From contig OZ251228.1 of the NCBI GenBank assembly GCA_965240325.2, forward strand, positions 2,790,001 through 2,854,000: a stretch of DNA of 64,000 nucleotides. The letters are read 5' to 3'. The first letter of the stretch is position 1. Each line of letters begins with the position of its first letter. The stretch comes from Rebecca billardiae RCC1528 (Eukaryota; Protista; Haptophyta). A program made the translations under genes and the position numbers. Below are positions 10,635 to 20,390 of the stretch, in pieces. The notes under the pieces are model-generated. The model searched no databases. It saw nothing but the letters and a program-made list of their open reading frames with translations, and was not told where the DNA came from.

Positions 10635-10818
10635 CTGGAATACTTCGAGATGCCGCCGCCAGCCATGCTGTCCTGCTGTATTTTAGGATGAGGTTCAGGT
10701 AGATTTTGGAGGATTTTGTGCGAGCGCCGCCGCAGCGGTCGCGCCGCCACTGTGTGACTGCGAGTAAAATGTTGGATTGGAAATTGGAAATCACTGTAGA
10801 TTGGCGATTCCTTTGACA
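10508..10818 (-). repeat. 5' LTR (311 bp)
   Basis: Matches 7359-7669; followed on minus by TGCTAGCACGG, a non-canonical PBS-like site. Confidence 0.95.
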
Positions 10819-10987
10819 CCAGCCTCTCATCCCCAGTGGCCGTGGCGGGTGGAGGCTGTCAGACTGGCTCGGCCTTCATTCGCCGTTCATGCTGCGAGCT
10901 TGGCCACACACGCCGCCTGCCGGCCCAACAGCCAACCCCACGGCACGGCCAACCCCACGGCGCGGTCGCCGGCGCGGGCCTCTCTCC

Positions 10988-12886
10988 TCAGGCATCGTAG
11001 ACATCGAGGACTTGTGCTGCAGTCGGTGGCGGCTCTTGCGGGTCCGGGTCCGCGACCTTGCTGAAGCGCCGTGAGCCGTGCGGATGTGCCCTGGGCGAGG
11101 CCGTCGCACTCGACGAGAGGCGGGAAGACAAGCGCCCAAGCGCAGACGCCACCGCGTGCCGCCGCAGCGGCCACGGTCGCACGCTCAAGCGCAAACGCCG
11201 CGGCAGAGAGCCCGCGTGCTCGTCGCGCGCTGCAGGCCCGTTGGCGTCTGCGGAGGCCGATGCGCGAATGACGGGCTCTGCCGCCATGCTGTGCTGCCGC
11301 CTGAGGCGCCGCAGCGCGCACACGGCGCCCAGCCCGCACACGAGCAGCGCGGCCGCGGAGGCCATCGCGGCGACCAGCCACTCCTCCGTGAGCGGCGCCC
11401 ACCAGACCGGCGAGCAGCAGTCAGGGTCAGGCAGGGGCGGCGTCGAGCGGCCGGAGCCCGAGTCGTCACCCGACGCGCCGGACGAGCCGGAGGACGAGGA
11501 CTGCTCCAGCGGCGGGGGCGGCGGCGGCGGCGGCGAGAAGTCGCGCAGCGCATGCACGCGCACGTAGTCAACGTCCATGCGCGCGAAGACGCCGTCGTCC
11601 GGGCAGGGCAGCTGCTCGCCCTCCTCGAGGCAGTACGCCCCGAACTCGCCGCCCACCGCCAGGTTGAGCAGCAGGTGGAACTCCTGGTCGAACGGCCACA
11701 CGCGCCAGCCCTGCTCGGCCGGCCGCTGCCTCTCAAAGGAGAAGAAGGGCGCGTCGTCCACGAGGAAGCGCAGGCCGCCCTCGCGCCACTCGAGGGAGTA
11801 TGTGTGCCACGCGTCGACGGGGCGGGGGTACGCGGCGCCCGACACCTGCGTGTTCGCGCTCGAGTTGTACGCCGCCGTGTGCACCGTGCTCAGCACCTCG
11901 CCCTCGTTGCAGCCCACGTGCTCCAAGATATCGATCTCGCCGCTGCCCGGCCACGCGCCGTACGTGTAGTTCTCGGGCAGCAGCCAGATGGCGGGCCAGC
12001 TGCCCAGCGCGGTGGGTATGCGCGCGCGCACGTCAACGCGGTGGCCCGGCCCCCACGCCGCGACGCCTCTCGTCGTGATCCGCGCGGAGGAGATGTTCAC
12101 CGCCGCGCCGCCGTGCGCGGCCGCGCACGTCGCGAGGATCGACAGCGCGCCGTCTTGCACAAACGAGTTGGCGGGCTCGGCGCCGTACGCCTGCAGCTCG
12201 TCGTTGAACGCGCCCGGCGGGAGGATGTCGTAGACCCAGCTGGACGTGTTCACGCCGCCGGCCTCGTCGAACTCGTCCGACCAGACGAGCGCGCTCGTCG
12301 GCAGCGACGGCAGCGGCGGGGGCGGCGCCTCCTCCGTCGCGTCCAGCTCGGACGGGCAGCGCCGCAGCGCGAGCGAGCGCACGTGCACGACGCCCGTCGC
12401 CCCGCCCGCGTTCAGCACGACGCGCGCGTCGACAACTCCTGCCTCCTCCGCCTCGGGCGCGCTGAACGTCGCGCACGTGCTCGTCTGCTCGAGCAGCGGG
12501 AAGGGCAGGTACGCGTACCCGAGCATCTCGTACGTGGGCCAGCCGAGGTCGACGGCCATCTCGAGGAAGTCGCCGGCCGAGGCGGGCGCGTCGAGCTGGA
12601 TGCAGAGTCTGTACTCGCGAGCGCGCCTCAGCTCCACGGGGCGCAGCACCTGCGTGAACCACGGCGGCGAGATCTCGAGCAGCGCGCGCGCGATCCTGAT
12701 GCTGCCGTCCGACTCATTGTAGCTCGCGCTGATGTCGTCCGCCGACGTGGCCGAGGTGTTGCGCCAGATCGTCCACGGCTGGGTGAATTGCGAGATGGGG
12801 TAGCCGCCCATCACCGGCTCGCGCGCGAGCTCTACCTCGTCATAGAACGGGGAGCACGCGAGCGCGACTAGGGCGGTGACGAGCAT
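10988..12886 (-). CDS. Secreted/membrane-anchored GH16 beta-1,3-glucanase (laminarinase-like) with extra N-terminal beta-rich domain
   Basis: LVWSDEFD, NDELQAY, SSARITT, GSWPAIWLLP, catalytic WPGSGEIDILEHVG, WPFDQEFHLLLNLAVGG, MDVDYVRVH; signal peptide MLVTALVALAC; Pro/Ser linker then a TM helix (WLVAAMASAAALLVCGLGAVCAL-RRLRR). Confidence 0.9.
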   Translation of the reverse strand: MLVTALVALACSPFYDEVELAREPVMGGYPISQFTQPWTIWRNTSATSADDISASYNESDGSIRIARALLEISPPWFTQVLRPVELRRAREYRLCIQLDAPASAGDFLEMAVDLGWPTYEMLGYAYLPFPLLEQTSTCATFSAPEAEEAGVVDARVVLNAGGATGVVHVRSLALRRCPSELDATEEAPPPPLPSLPTSALVWSDEFDEAGGVNTSSWVYDILPPGAFNDELQAYGAEPANSFVQDGALSILATCAAAHGGAAVNISSARITTRGVAAWGPGHRVDVRARIPTALGSWPAIWLLPENYTYGAWPGSGEIDILEHVGCNEGEVLSTVHTAAYNSSANTQVSGAAYPRPVDAWHTYSLEWREGGLRFLVDDAPFFSFERQRPAEQGWRVWPFDQEFHLLLNLAVGGEFGAYCLEEGEQLPCPDDGVFARMDVDYVRVHALRDFSPPPPPPPPLEQSSSSGSSGASGDDSGSGRSTPPLPDPDCCSPVWWAPLTEEWLVAAMASAAALLVCGLGAVCALRRLRRQHSMAAEPVIRASASADANGPAARDEHAGSLPRRLRLSVRPWPLRRHAVASALGRLSSRLSSSATASPRAHPHGSRRFSKVADPDPQEPPPTAAQVLDVYDA

Positions 12887-13114
12887 CGCGCCCTTCGCCC
12901 CCGCGCCCCTCGCCCGTTGGGTGAGCCACACGATGGAACGCCGCCGAGTGAACCGTCAGGTTTTTTGAGATGAGCGGGCGGAGATACATCGCAGTGCTAC
13001 GTACAGTATGGAGATACCATTCTGTAACAGTCAGAAACGTTCACCCGGCCCTTGACCCCGGGCGGCGGCGGCGGCAGGGTCCAGTGATCGAGCGTGCTCG
13101 CACCATACTTCACA

Positions 13115-13360
13115 GCGGCACCCATTCGGATGCACACTCTCGTAGCTCTGCGACAGGCCGTATCGATCAATCAGTCCGTCATGAAGATGTTTTGTAATTT
13201 GTGTCGCCGGGCGCCTGACCTCGTGGCGGCCGCGCGGTCAACCGCGCGGCACCCGTTCGGATGCACACTCTCGTAGCTGTGCGACAGGCCGTATCGATCA
13301 ATCAGTCCGTCATGAAGATGTTTTGTGTCGCCGGGCGCCTGACCTTGGCGGCCGCGCGGT
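13115..13360. repeat. 131-bp-offset tandem duplication of the AKR gene 3' end, with a hairpin at the junction
   Basis: GCGGCACCC..TCAGTCCGTCATGAAGATGTTTTGT..GGCGGCCGCGCGGT starts at 13115 and again at 13246. Confidence 0.9.
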
Positions 13361-14351
13361 TGAGCTCGTCCATCTCCGCTTCCGAGAGGCGGAACTTGGT
13401 CGCGCCCAGGTTGTCGGCGACCTGCGCCGCGGAGCGCACGCCGACGATCGGCAGCGCGCCCAGCCGCATCGTCCAGTTCAGCGCGATCTGCGCCACCGTC
13501 TTGCGCCGCGCACGCGCGATCTCGTCGAGCACGCCCAGCAGCTCGGGCGCGCCGCGCAGCACGAGCCCGACGACCGCGCCGCGCGGGCCGGGCGGCAGCC
13601 GGTCGACCGAGTACTTGCCCGAGAGAGCGCCGAGCGCGAGCGGCGAGTACGCGACCGGGCGGATGCCGAGCTCCGCGCACAGCTCGAGCAGCCCGCTCTC
13701 CACCGGCGCGGTCGAGAGCAGCGAGAGCTGCACCTGGTTGAGCACGAGCGGCGTGCCGCGCGAGCGGAAGTACTCGGCCGCCTTGGCGAGCTGCTTCGGG
13801 CCGTAGTTGGAGAGGCCGACGGCGCGGCAGAGGTTGAGGTCGTAGCAGTCGGCCAGGCCCTCCCAGAGCGGCGCCTCCTGCCACGGCTGGAACTTTTGCG
13901 CGCTCCAGTGCGCCTGCGCCACCTCGAGCTGCTCGAGGCCCATGCGCTCGAGGCTCGCGCGGCACGCGCCCACGAACGACGCGCTCGTCAGGCGCCACGG
14001 GTAGATGGCGAGCTTCGTGGCGAAGACGCACGGGCGCGGGGGCTTGAGCTCGCGTCTGAACTGGCCGAGGAGCACCTCCGCGCGCCCCTCGAGCGCGCCG
14101 GTGCCGTAGCTGTCGCCGGTGTCGAAGAAGCGCACGCCGCCGCGCGTGGCCGCCTCAAACGCCGCGCGCAGCTCCTCGTCCTGCTCCGTGTCGTAACCCC
14201 ACAGCAGCTTGTTGCCCCAAGCCCAGGTGCCCACGCCGAGCTGCCCGAGCTCGAGTCCTGCGCCCGCGCCGCGGGCGGGGCTCGCGCCACGGAGAGCAGG
14301 TGGCGAGAATAGGCCTAAAGCGAAGGACGTGACGAGCGCGGTCGCCGCCAT
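13302..14351 (-). CDS. Aldo-keto reductase, pyridoxal reductase (PLR1)-like, probably plastid targeted
   Basis: LGVGTWAWGNKLLWGY, FFDTGDSYGTG, FATK, AQAHW, AVGLSNYG, LNQVQLSLL, AYSPLALGALSGKY, AQIALNW, QNIFMTD*; signal-like N-terminus MAATALVTSFALGLF. Confidence 0.9.
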   Translation of the reverse strand: MAATALVTSFALGLFSPPALRGASPARGAGAGLELGQLGVGTWAWGNKLLWGYDTEQDEELRAAFEAATRGGVRFFDTGDSYGTGALEGRAEVLLGQFRRELKPPRPCVFATKLAIYPWRLTSASFVGACRASLERMGLEQLEVAQAHWSAQKFQPWQEAPLWEGLADCYDLNLCRAVGLSNYGPKQLAKAAEYFRSRGTPLVLNQVQLSLLSTAPVESGLLELCAELGIRPVAYSPLALGALSGKYSVDRLPPGPRGAVVGLVLRGAPELLGVLDEIARARRKTVAQIALNWTMRLGALPIVGVRSAAQVADNLGATKFRLSEAEMDELNRAAAKVRRPATQNIFMTD

Positions 14352-14484
14352 CGCCGCACGGGCTGCCGCGCGCGCGCCCCGGCTGGCTAGCTGCTGGAAA
14401 ACTGTTACTGTCCTACGACTCCATCGACGAAGCCGGCATCGTTCGCGCCCGGAGAGCCCCCACGGCCAGGAGCAGCCAGCAGCG

Positions 14485-15145
14485 ATGGACCAGCGACGCG
14501 GCGTCGTCGACGACCTCATGTACGGGCGGGATCTGGATCACCGCGACGCAGAGGTGCCAGTGTGGGAGCGCCCCGAGTACAAGGGCGCAGCGGGCATGGC
14601 ATACCGGCCAGATTCGATGCAAGAGGCTTGGACCACGTCCAACAGCTTAACCGCGCCAGAGGAGGTGATGGCCACGGTGCCGGACAATCCGGCCTCGCGG
14701 CCGTACGCGGGTCTCCGCGCCTCGCTCATCCGTGCGCACGCCGTCGAGATGCCGGCCCACATGGTCGCCTTTGCCGCGCGCGACTTCTCTGAACTGCGCG
14801 ACTGCGAGGCCATGCGCAAAAAGGCGGTTTCGCTGAACCAAAAGGATGCGGCCAAGGAGGCGGCGGAGGTCGCAGCGTTCGAGGCGTCGATCAAAAAGCA
14901 GTCCTTGAACCCAAAGGCCGCCCTTGACTTCCTCAACGCAGGAGAGGACGGCCTGGTGAACGTGAGTCTTTGCGCACGCCCTGCGCCCGACACTGCGCCC
15001 TGCCTGCGGTGAGTGAGGGGTGCCTTGCTTACCGATGTGCACTGACCCGCCCTCCCCGCGCTGCCCCCGGACCTCGTAGGACTCTGGCGAGTTCAACGAC
15101 TTCACGCATGCGGGCAAGGACACGTACAGCACTATCCGCATATGA
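14485..15145 (+). CDS. Hypothetical protein, 2 exons (intron 14962-15079)
   Basis: Natural-looking frame MDQRRGVVDDLMYG..GLVN, GTGAGT donor, CTCGTAG acceptor, in-frame exon DSGEFNDFTHAGKDTYSTIRI*; divergent from the AKR gene across 133 bp. Confidence 0.7.
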
Positions 15146-15527
15146 TGATGTCGTCTGGCCGCACGGGATTCGGGAACTTAGACTACTAGTACTACTACTC
15201 TTGATGAGTACGTTCAGGGCAGAGATCAGGCCCTGATTTCAGGCTACAACTGCTGCTGACTGAATTCGGGCGCATATCAGATTGCTGACCACTGACGATG
15301 CAGAAGTATGACGCCGCGCACGGCGCGGCCTCTCGGGTCTGAGTCAGTGACACTACTCATGCGGCCGTGCGACGCCGCGGTACTCGGTAGTAGTCACTAC
15401 AGTACATACACTAGACCGTCACTAGTCAGGCCAATACTCATAACGTCGTAGTAGAACGAATAAGCCAGCCAGCAAGCCGGAACTCGTAATTCAGCGTCTA
15501 CTCACTACTGACCCGCACTCCCCACTG

Positions 15528-16867
15528 GCTCCGGCTTCGGTCCACCCCCCCTCCAGCTCCGTTACGTCTTGGCCCCGAGCCGAAGTCAACTGCCAAAGGC
15601 AAAGCGGACCATGCAGCAGAGTCCCTTCCGAGTGTTCCGACCCCCGATTGAGACCCGTTGCACGGGTGAGTGACCGTAGGGCGGTGAAAATGCGACGTAC
15701 CGGTGAAAATACGGTTTTGCAACTAGCGCTGGGCGATGGCGGCCGGGCGCGACGAACCGAGCGGATTGGTGCACGGGGAATCCAATTCCCCGTGCACCAA
15801 TCCAATCCGTTCGTCGCCAGGTGGTGCCGTTGCCGAGATCGAGCTGCAAAACCCTCAGCAGGTGGTCAAGAGAAGCCAAACGGGGGGGGCTGTCACAACG
15901 CGCGCGCCGCGGTGGGAAGAGAGAAGGACTTGCCTCCCAACTGCAGCTTTGGCAGCGTTCCCTCTTGCGGCAGTGGAAGCCGACGACGAGGAGGATGACG
16001 ACGCAACTGCTGACGACTGCTGCGAAGCAGCAGCGGTGACACTCTGCGGTGCACAGCTGCCACCGCGCGCGCCGCGCGACCGCGGACTCGGGTCGGATGG
16101 CGACAGCAGCACCGAGCAGTCCTCATGAAGACGATGAAGCTGCGTGCACGGGTGCGCGAGGTGACAGGCGAAGCGCGCCGACGACACAGCACTTGACACG
16201 CCTGAGCGCACGCCCATGCTCGCTGAGCGCGAGCGCTGCAAGTGCAACTACAGTGCGCGCCGCGCTGCAAGTGGATGCAGGCTGTACTGCGGCGCTGCGT
16301 CCGCGGTCATCGTCTCTTCACTACTTGTCGACTGCTGCTGCGGCGGGCCGGGGGCACTACCCGGCACGCGCGGCGTAGCGCGCTAAACGGAATGTGATGG
16401 TAGACGCACTGTCACGCTCCCGCCGCCGCCGCCGCCGCCGGCAAGACTATCGTCACTCTAGGCCGCAGAAGTGTCGTTTTTTCGGCGCTCACGCTTGCAA
16501 CGGGTCTTGATGACTTCCGAACGAGAAATGTCGCATCCGACCACCTCCCAATAGGTTCAGACTCTATTTTACTATGTAATTACCCGTCCCGTACTCAGAT
16601 TTCGGCACAGTCCGGGAGCGTTCCGGACACCTGTGTACATATGCGAAAATGATACTCGGACTGGGTATTTAGTTATAGAAAATAGAGTCTGAACCTATTG
16701 GAGGTGTGGCTGATGATCCATCTGGCCGTAATATCGTCCAAGGGACCGCCTGGGGTGGGCTAGGAGCTATTGTAGATCATCAGAGGCGGCGATCCCGCTG
16801 ATTGCAGTGTCAAGATGTAACGCTCCACTGACCGGACTGGAGGGGGGGGGTGGACCGAAGCCGGAGC
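15528..16867. mobile_element. Non-autonomous TIR DNA element (~1.34 kb)
   Basis: TIR GCTCCGGCTTCGGTCCAC(C)nTCCAG / CTGGA(G)nTGGACCGAAGCCGGAGC; flanking direct repeat CCACTG at 15522-15527 and 16868-16873 (or CACT if the ends are GG..CC); no transposase recognised. Confidence 0.8.
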
Positions 16868-17547
16868 CCACTGTTATACACTGATCATCCTGCCGCCCCG
16901 CCAGTCCTGCTCGCATGACCGAGTGTGGTATCATCATCATTGGTCGCGTTCGTCAACCACAACCTGTGGTCTTGCGATGAAGGACGACGTGCTGATTTGC
17001 ACTGGAAACGAGGATCGTGACAAGCGTCGCGTCGTCGGAGCCACAACATCGAGATTCCCACCTGCGTGAATGCACATCGACAGGAACGCGAGTCTCCAAG
17101 GTCACCGAGCATAGAGACGTGGCTAGGCAATCGACGCGCGATGTCAACGCGAGTCAGAGGCATGCCCGGAAGGGCATTGCGACTCTCTCGCCTCGCCATG
17201 CTGGACGCCTGCCATTCAGTGCGTCCGAGCGGCAGTGGCGCGCCGCGGACGACTGCTGTGACAATGGCGGGCGCGACCGTTGGCGCGATTTGGAGATTTG
17301 CTGCCGAGTCGGCCTCGCGCTCACGAACGCGGTGGCGAGCGAGGCCACTGGCAGTGGCGGACGCTTTCAGCTTGGCGCACAGCTCCAGGGCGTCCCTCGG
17401 CCAGCTGAGCGCGCCGTCAGCGCGGTCGGCCGGACCGAGCCCGCGCCCGCCGGCCTCGGGCGCGAGGCGCAGCGCGCGCTTCCTCCGCCGCGCCTGCGCC
17501 GGCGCCGCCCAGCAGCCCTTGCTCCCGCCACCCTGCGTCCGGCGCCG

Positions 17548-20178
17548 ATGGAGTTTGTGTACGGCGGCAGCTACCTCGACGGCGAGATACAGTCGCAGTT
17601 CAAGGCGTACCTGCAGAAGCACAGCGCCGACGTGGTCGAGGCGATCCTGGCCGAGCTCGACGTGAGCAGGCACTACGCGGTCGAGGTGCACGCGCTCGAC
17701 CTGTACGCGAGCAACATGCTGCTGGGCGACCTGCTCGTGCACCAGCCCGAGCGCACGCTGCGCCTCTTCGACGGCGCCATCTACGACTACCAGGCGGAGA
17801 TGCTCGACGAGCTGCGGCAGATGGGCGACACGCTGGCGTTCCAGATGATTGTCAAGCCCCACGTCCACGCGCGCGTGTACGCGCTCCCGCGCTGCGCCGA
17901 GCTCTCGAAGCCGACGATCACGGCCGTGCTCAACTTAGACGTGGGCCATCTCCTCTCCATCTCGGGCACGGTCACGCGCGCGGCGACGGTGCGCATCCTT
18001 CACGCGGAGAAGAAGGTGGAGTGCACCAAGTGCGGCAAGGCGCACAAGGTGCGCGCGCACCGCACCGCACCGCACCGCACCGCACCGCACCGCCGCCGGC
18101 GCGCGCGCGCGCGCCGCCGGCCGAGCGGCGCGTGCCCAGCGCGCGCGGCGCAGGTGTACGCGGAGCTCGAGCGGCGGCACGAGATGGCGATGCCCCCGGA
18201 GTGCGGCAACGATGACGGCGTGCGGCGCTGCACGTGCACCGCCTTCAAGGACGTCGACGGCTCCGAGCTCTGCCGCGACATCCGCGAGCTGCGCGTGCAG
18301 GAGCAGGTGACCAAGCTGGGCGTGGGCAGCGTGCCGCGCTCGATCACCGTGGTGCTGCAGGACGACCTGGTGGAGGCGGCGAAGCCGGGGGACGACGTGA
18401 TCATCACGGGCGTCGTCGTGCGCCGCTGGAAGCCCGTGCGCGCGGACACGCGCCCCGACATCGACTTTGCCCTCCGCGCGAACCACGTGACGGTGTGCAA
18501 CCAACTGGTGGGCGCGGGGCTGGTGACCACAGAGGCGCGCGCGCAGTTCGAGGCGTTCTGGCAGAGCTGGGGCGCGGGCGAGGGGCGGGTCGAGGGGCGC
18601 GACGTGATCCTGCGCTCGGTGTGCCCCTCGCTCGACGGCCTCTTCTTCGTCAAGCTCGCCCTCGCGCTCACGCTGCTCGGCGGCGTGACGTGTGTCGACT
18701 CGAACGGGCAGCAGGTGCGCGGAGAGTCGCACTTGCTGCTGATCGGCGACCCGGGCACGGGCAAGTCGCAGGCGCTCAAGTTCGCGGCGGCGCTCTCGCC
18801 GCGCTCGGTGGTGACCACGGGGATCGGCTCGACCAGCGCGGGCCTCACCGTCACCGCGAACAAGGACGCCTCGGGCGAGTGGGTGCTCGAGGCGGGCGCG
18901 CTCGTCCTCGCGGACGGCGGCGTGTGCTGCATCGACGAGTTTGAGACGATGAAGGAGGCGGACCGGGCGACCATCCACGAGGCGATGGAGCAGCAGACGC
19001 TCTCGGTGGCGAAGGCGGGGCTGGTGTGCAAGCTGCGCACGAAGACCACCATCATCGCCGCCACCAACCCGAAGGGCGGGCGGCAGGTCGACCTCGCCTT
19101 CAACCTGGGCGCCAACACGGGCCTCGCCTCGCCCCTGCTCTCTCGCTTCGACATTGTGCTCGTGCTCTCCGACGAGGCGGACGAGGAGTGGGACGAGCAG
19201 ATCGCGCACTTCATCCTCGAGCGCGACCGGAAGCGGCGCCGCGCGGACGCCGACGCGCCGCTCGACGCGCTCGACGCGCAGCCGAGCGCGCTCGGCGCGG
19301 CGGCCGCGCGCGCCGACGACGCCGACACCGCGCGCGCCGCGCCGGGCGCGGAGGAGCCGGGCGGCGGCGCTGAGCTGTGGGACGAGGAGACGCTGCGCGC
19401 GTACATCGAGTGCGCGCGCCGCGAGTTCGACCCGGTGATGACGCCGCGCGCCGACCGCGTGCTCTCCGCGTACTTTGCGCGGCAGCGCCAGGCCGAGATG
19501 CGCAACGCCGCGCGCACCACCATCCGCCTCCTCGAGTCGCTCATCCGGCTCGCGCAGGCGCACGCGCGGCTCATGTGGCGGCAGACGGTCGAGCAGCTCG
19601 ACGCGGTGTACGCGATCGTGCTCATCGAGCTCGGCGCGGACGGCTGCTCCGACGGGCCGCTGCGCGCGTCGGGCCGGCGCACCAGCGTGTGCCGCTCGCA
19701 GGTGCCCGCGCCGGGCGCGTCGCACGTCGTGGCCAGCGGCTTTGAGCACGACATCCTGTGCTGGCTCGGGCTGGGCGCGGACGAGGACGAGGACGGCGGC
19801 GGCGGGGCGGCCGGCGGCGCTGCCGCGGCCGGCGAGGGCGGCGGCGCGCACGCCCACCGAGCGGCGCATCCGCCGCCGCTCGCGCCGCCTCCGCGCGCGC
19901 AGCCCGCGACGCTCGCCGAGGCGTTCCCACCCGCGCCGGGCGCCGACGGGGGCGTGCCGCTCCTCGGCGGCTACGGCGACGGCCTGCCTGCCGGCCCGGC
20001 CAAGGACGCGCACGGCGACGGGCTGGACGGGCCGGGCGCGGGCTGGGCACCCTCGCGCGCGCCCGGTCCAGCCGTGGCCCCGCCCCGCCAACCGCTCGCT
20101 GGGAGCAACCACCTCGACCCGGCGCTCGGCTTCGGCGCGGGCGCCACCGACGACGCCGACGAGCCTTGGCTCTGGTAG
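17548..20178 (+). CDS. MCM9: DNA helicase MCM9 (intron 18049-18153)
   Basis: ISGTVTR, zinc-site CTKC..C..C, VQEQVTKLGVGSVPRSI, RGESHLLLIGDPGTGKSQ, TTGIGSTSAGLTVTA, LEAGALVLADGGVCCIDEF, IHEAMEQQT, LLSRFD, RNAARTTIRLLESLIRLAQAHARLM (MCM9-type). Confidence 0.92.
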   Translation: MEFVYGGSYLDGEIQSQFKAYLQKHSADVVEAILAELDVSRHYAVEVHALDLYASNMLLGDLLVHQPERTLRLFDGAIYDYQAEMLDELRQMGDTLAFQMIVKPHVHARVYALPRCAELSKPTITAVLNLDVGHLLSISGTVTRAATVRILHAEKKVECTKCGKAHKVRAHRTAPHRTAPHRRRRARARRRPSGACPARAAQVYAELERRHEMAMPPECGNDDGVRRCTCTAFKDVDGSELCRDIRELRVQEQVTKLGVGSVPRSITVVLQDDLVEAAKPGDDVIITGVVVRRWKPVRADTRPDIDFALRANHVTVCNQLVGAGLVTTEARAQFEAFWQSWGAGEGRVEGRDVILRSVCPSLDGLFFVKLALALTLLGGVTCVDSNGQQVRGESHLLLIGDPGTGKSQALKFAAALSPRSVVTTGIGSTSAGLTVTANKDASGEWVLEAGALVLADGGVCCIDEFETMKEADRATIHEAMEQQTLSVAKAGLVCKLRTKTTIIAATNPKGGRQVDLAFNLGANTGLASPLLSRFDIVLVLSDEADEEWDEQIAHFILERDRKRRRADADAPLDALDAQPSALGAAAARADDADTARAAPGAEEPGGGAELWDEETLRAYIECARREFDPVMTPRADRVLSAYFARQRQAEMRNAARTTIRLLESLIRLAQAHARLMWRQTVEQLDAVYAIVLIELGADGCSDGPLRASGRRTSVCRSQVPAPGASHVVASGFEHDILCWLGLGADEDEDGGGGAAGGAAAAGEGGGAHAHRAAHPPPLAPPPRAQPATLAEAFPPAPGADGGVPLLGGYGDGLPAGPAKDAHGDGLDGPGAGWAPSRAPGPAVAPPRQPLAGSNHLDPALGFGAGATDDADEPWLW

Positions 20179-20390
20179 CACACCGCTGGCAGCACCGCGG
20201 CACCGACGCGCCCGTGACTGGCCACAACTCATATAAAATCGCACCATTGCAGCAGTCGCTGTACTACCGTACATGTGTATGATACAATATCGCCTGCCTG
20301 AGCTGTGTGCGTCCCGCGTATTCTTAGTCAACTGTACACAGTTCAGATCACTGATCTCGCCTGCCTGAGCTGTGTGCGTCTCTTATTCAC

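Larger units (their letters stand above)
7359..10818 (-). mobile_element. Full-length gag-only (non-autonomous) LTR retrotransposon, 3460 bp
   Basis: Two 311-bp LTRs with TGTCA..TGACA ends; 5-bp TSD CCAGC at 7354-7358 and 10819-10823; polypurine tract (GAG then a G run, minus strand) abutting the 7359-7669 LTR; single internal ORF. Confidence 0.95.

Noticed and set aside
17017-17547. N-terminal extension of MCM9 in the 1053-aa ORF (likewise 2451-2744 for cruP and 14352-14519 for AKR)
   Set aside because: Called from non-ATG or upstream starts; recognisable protein begins at the downstream ATGs
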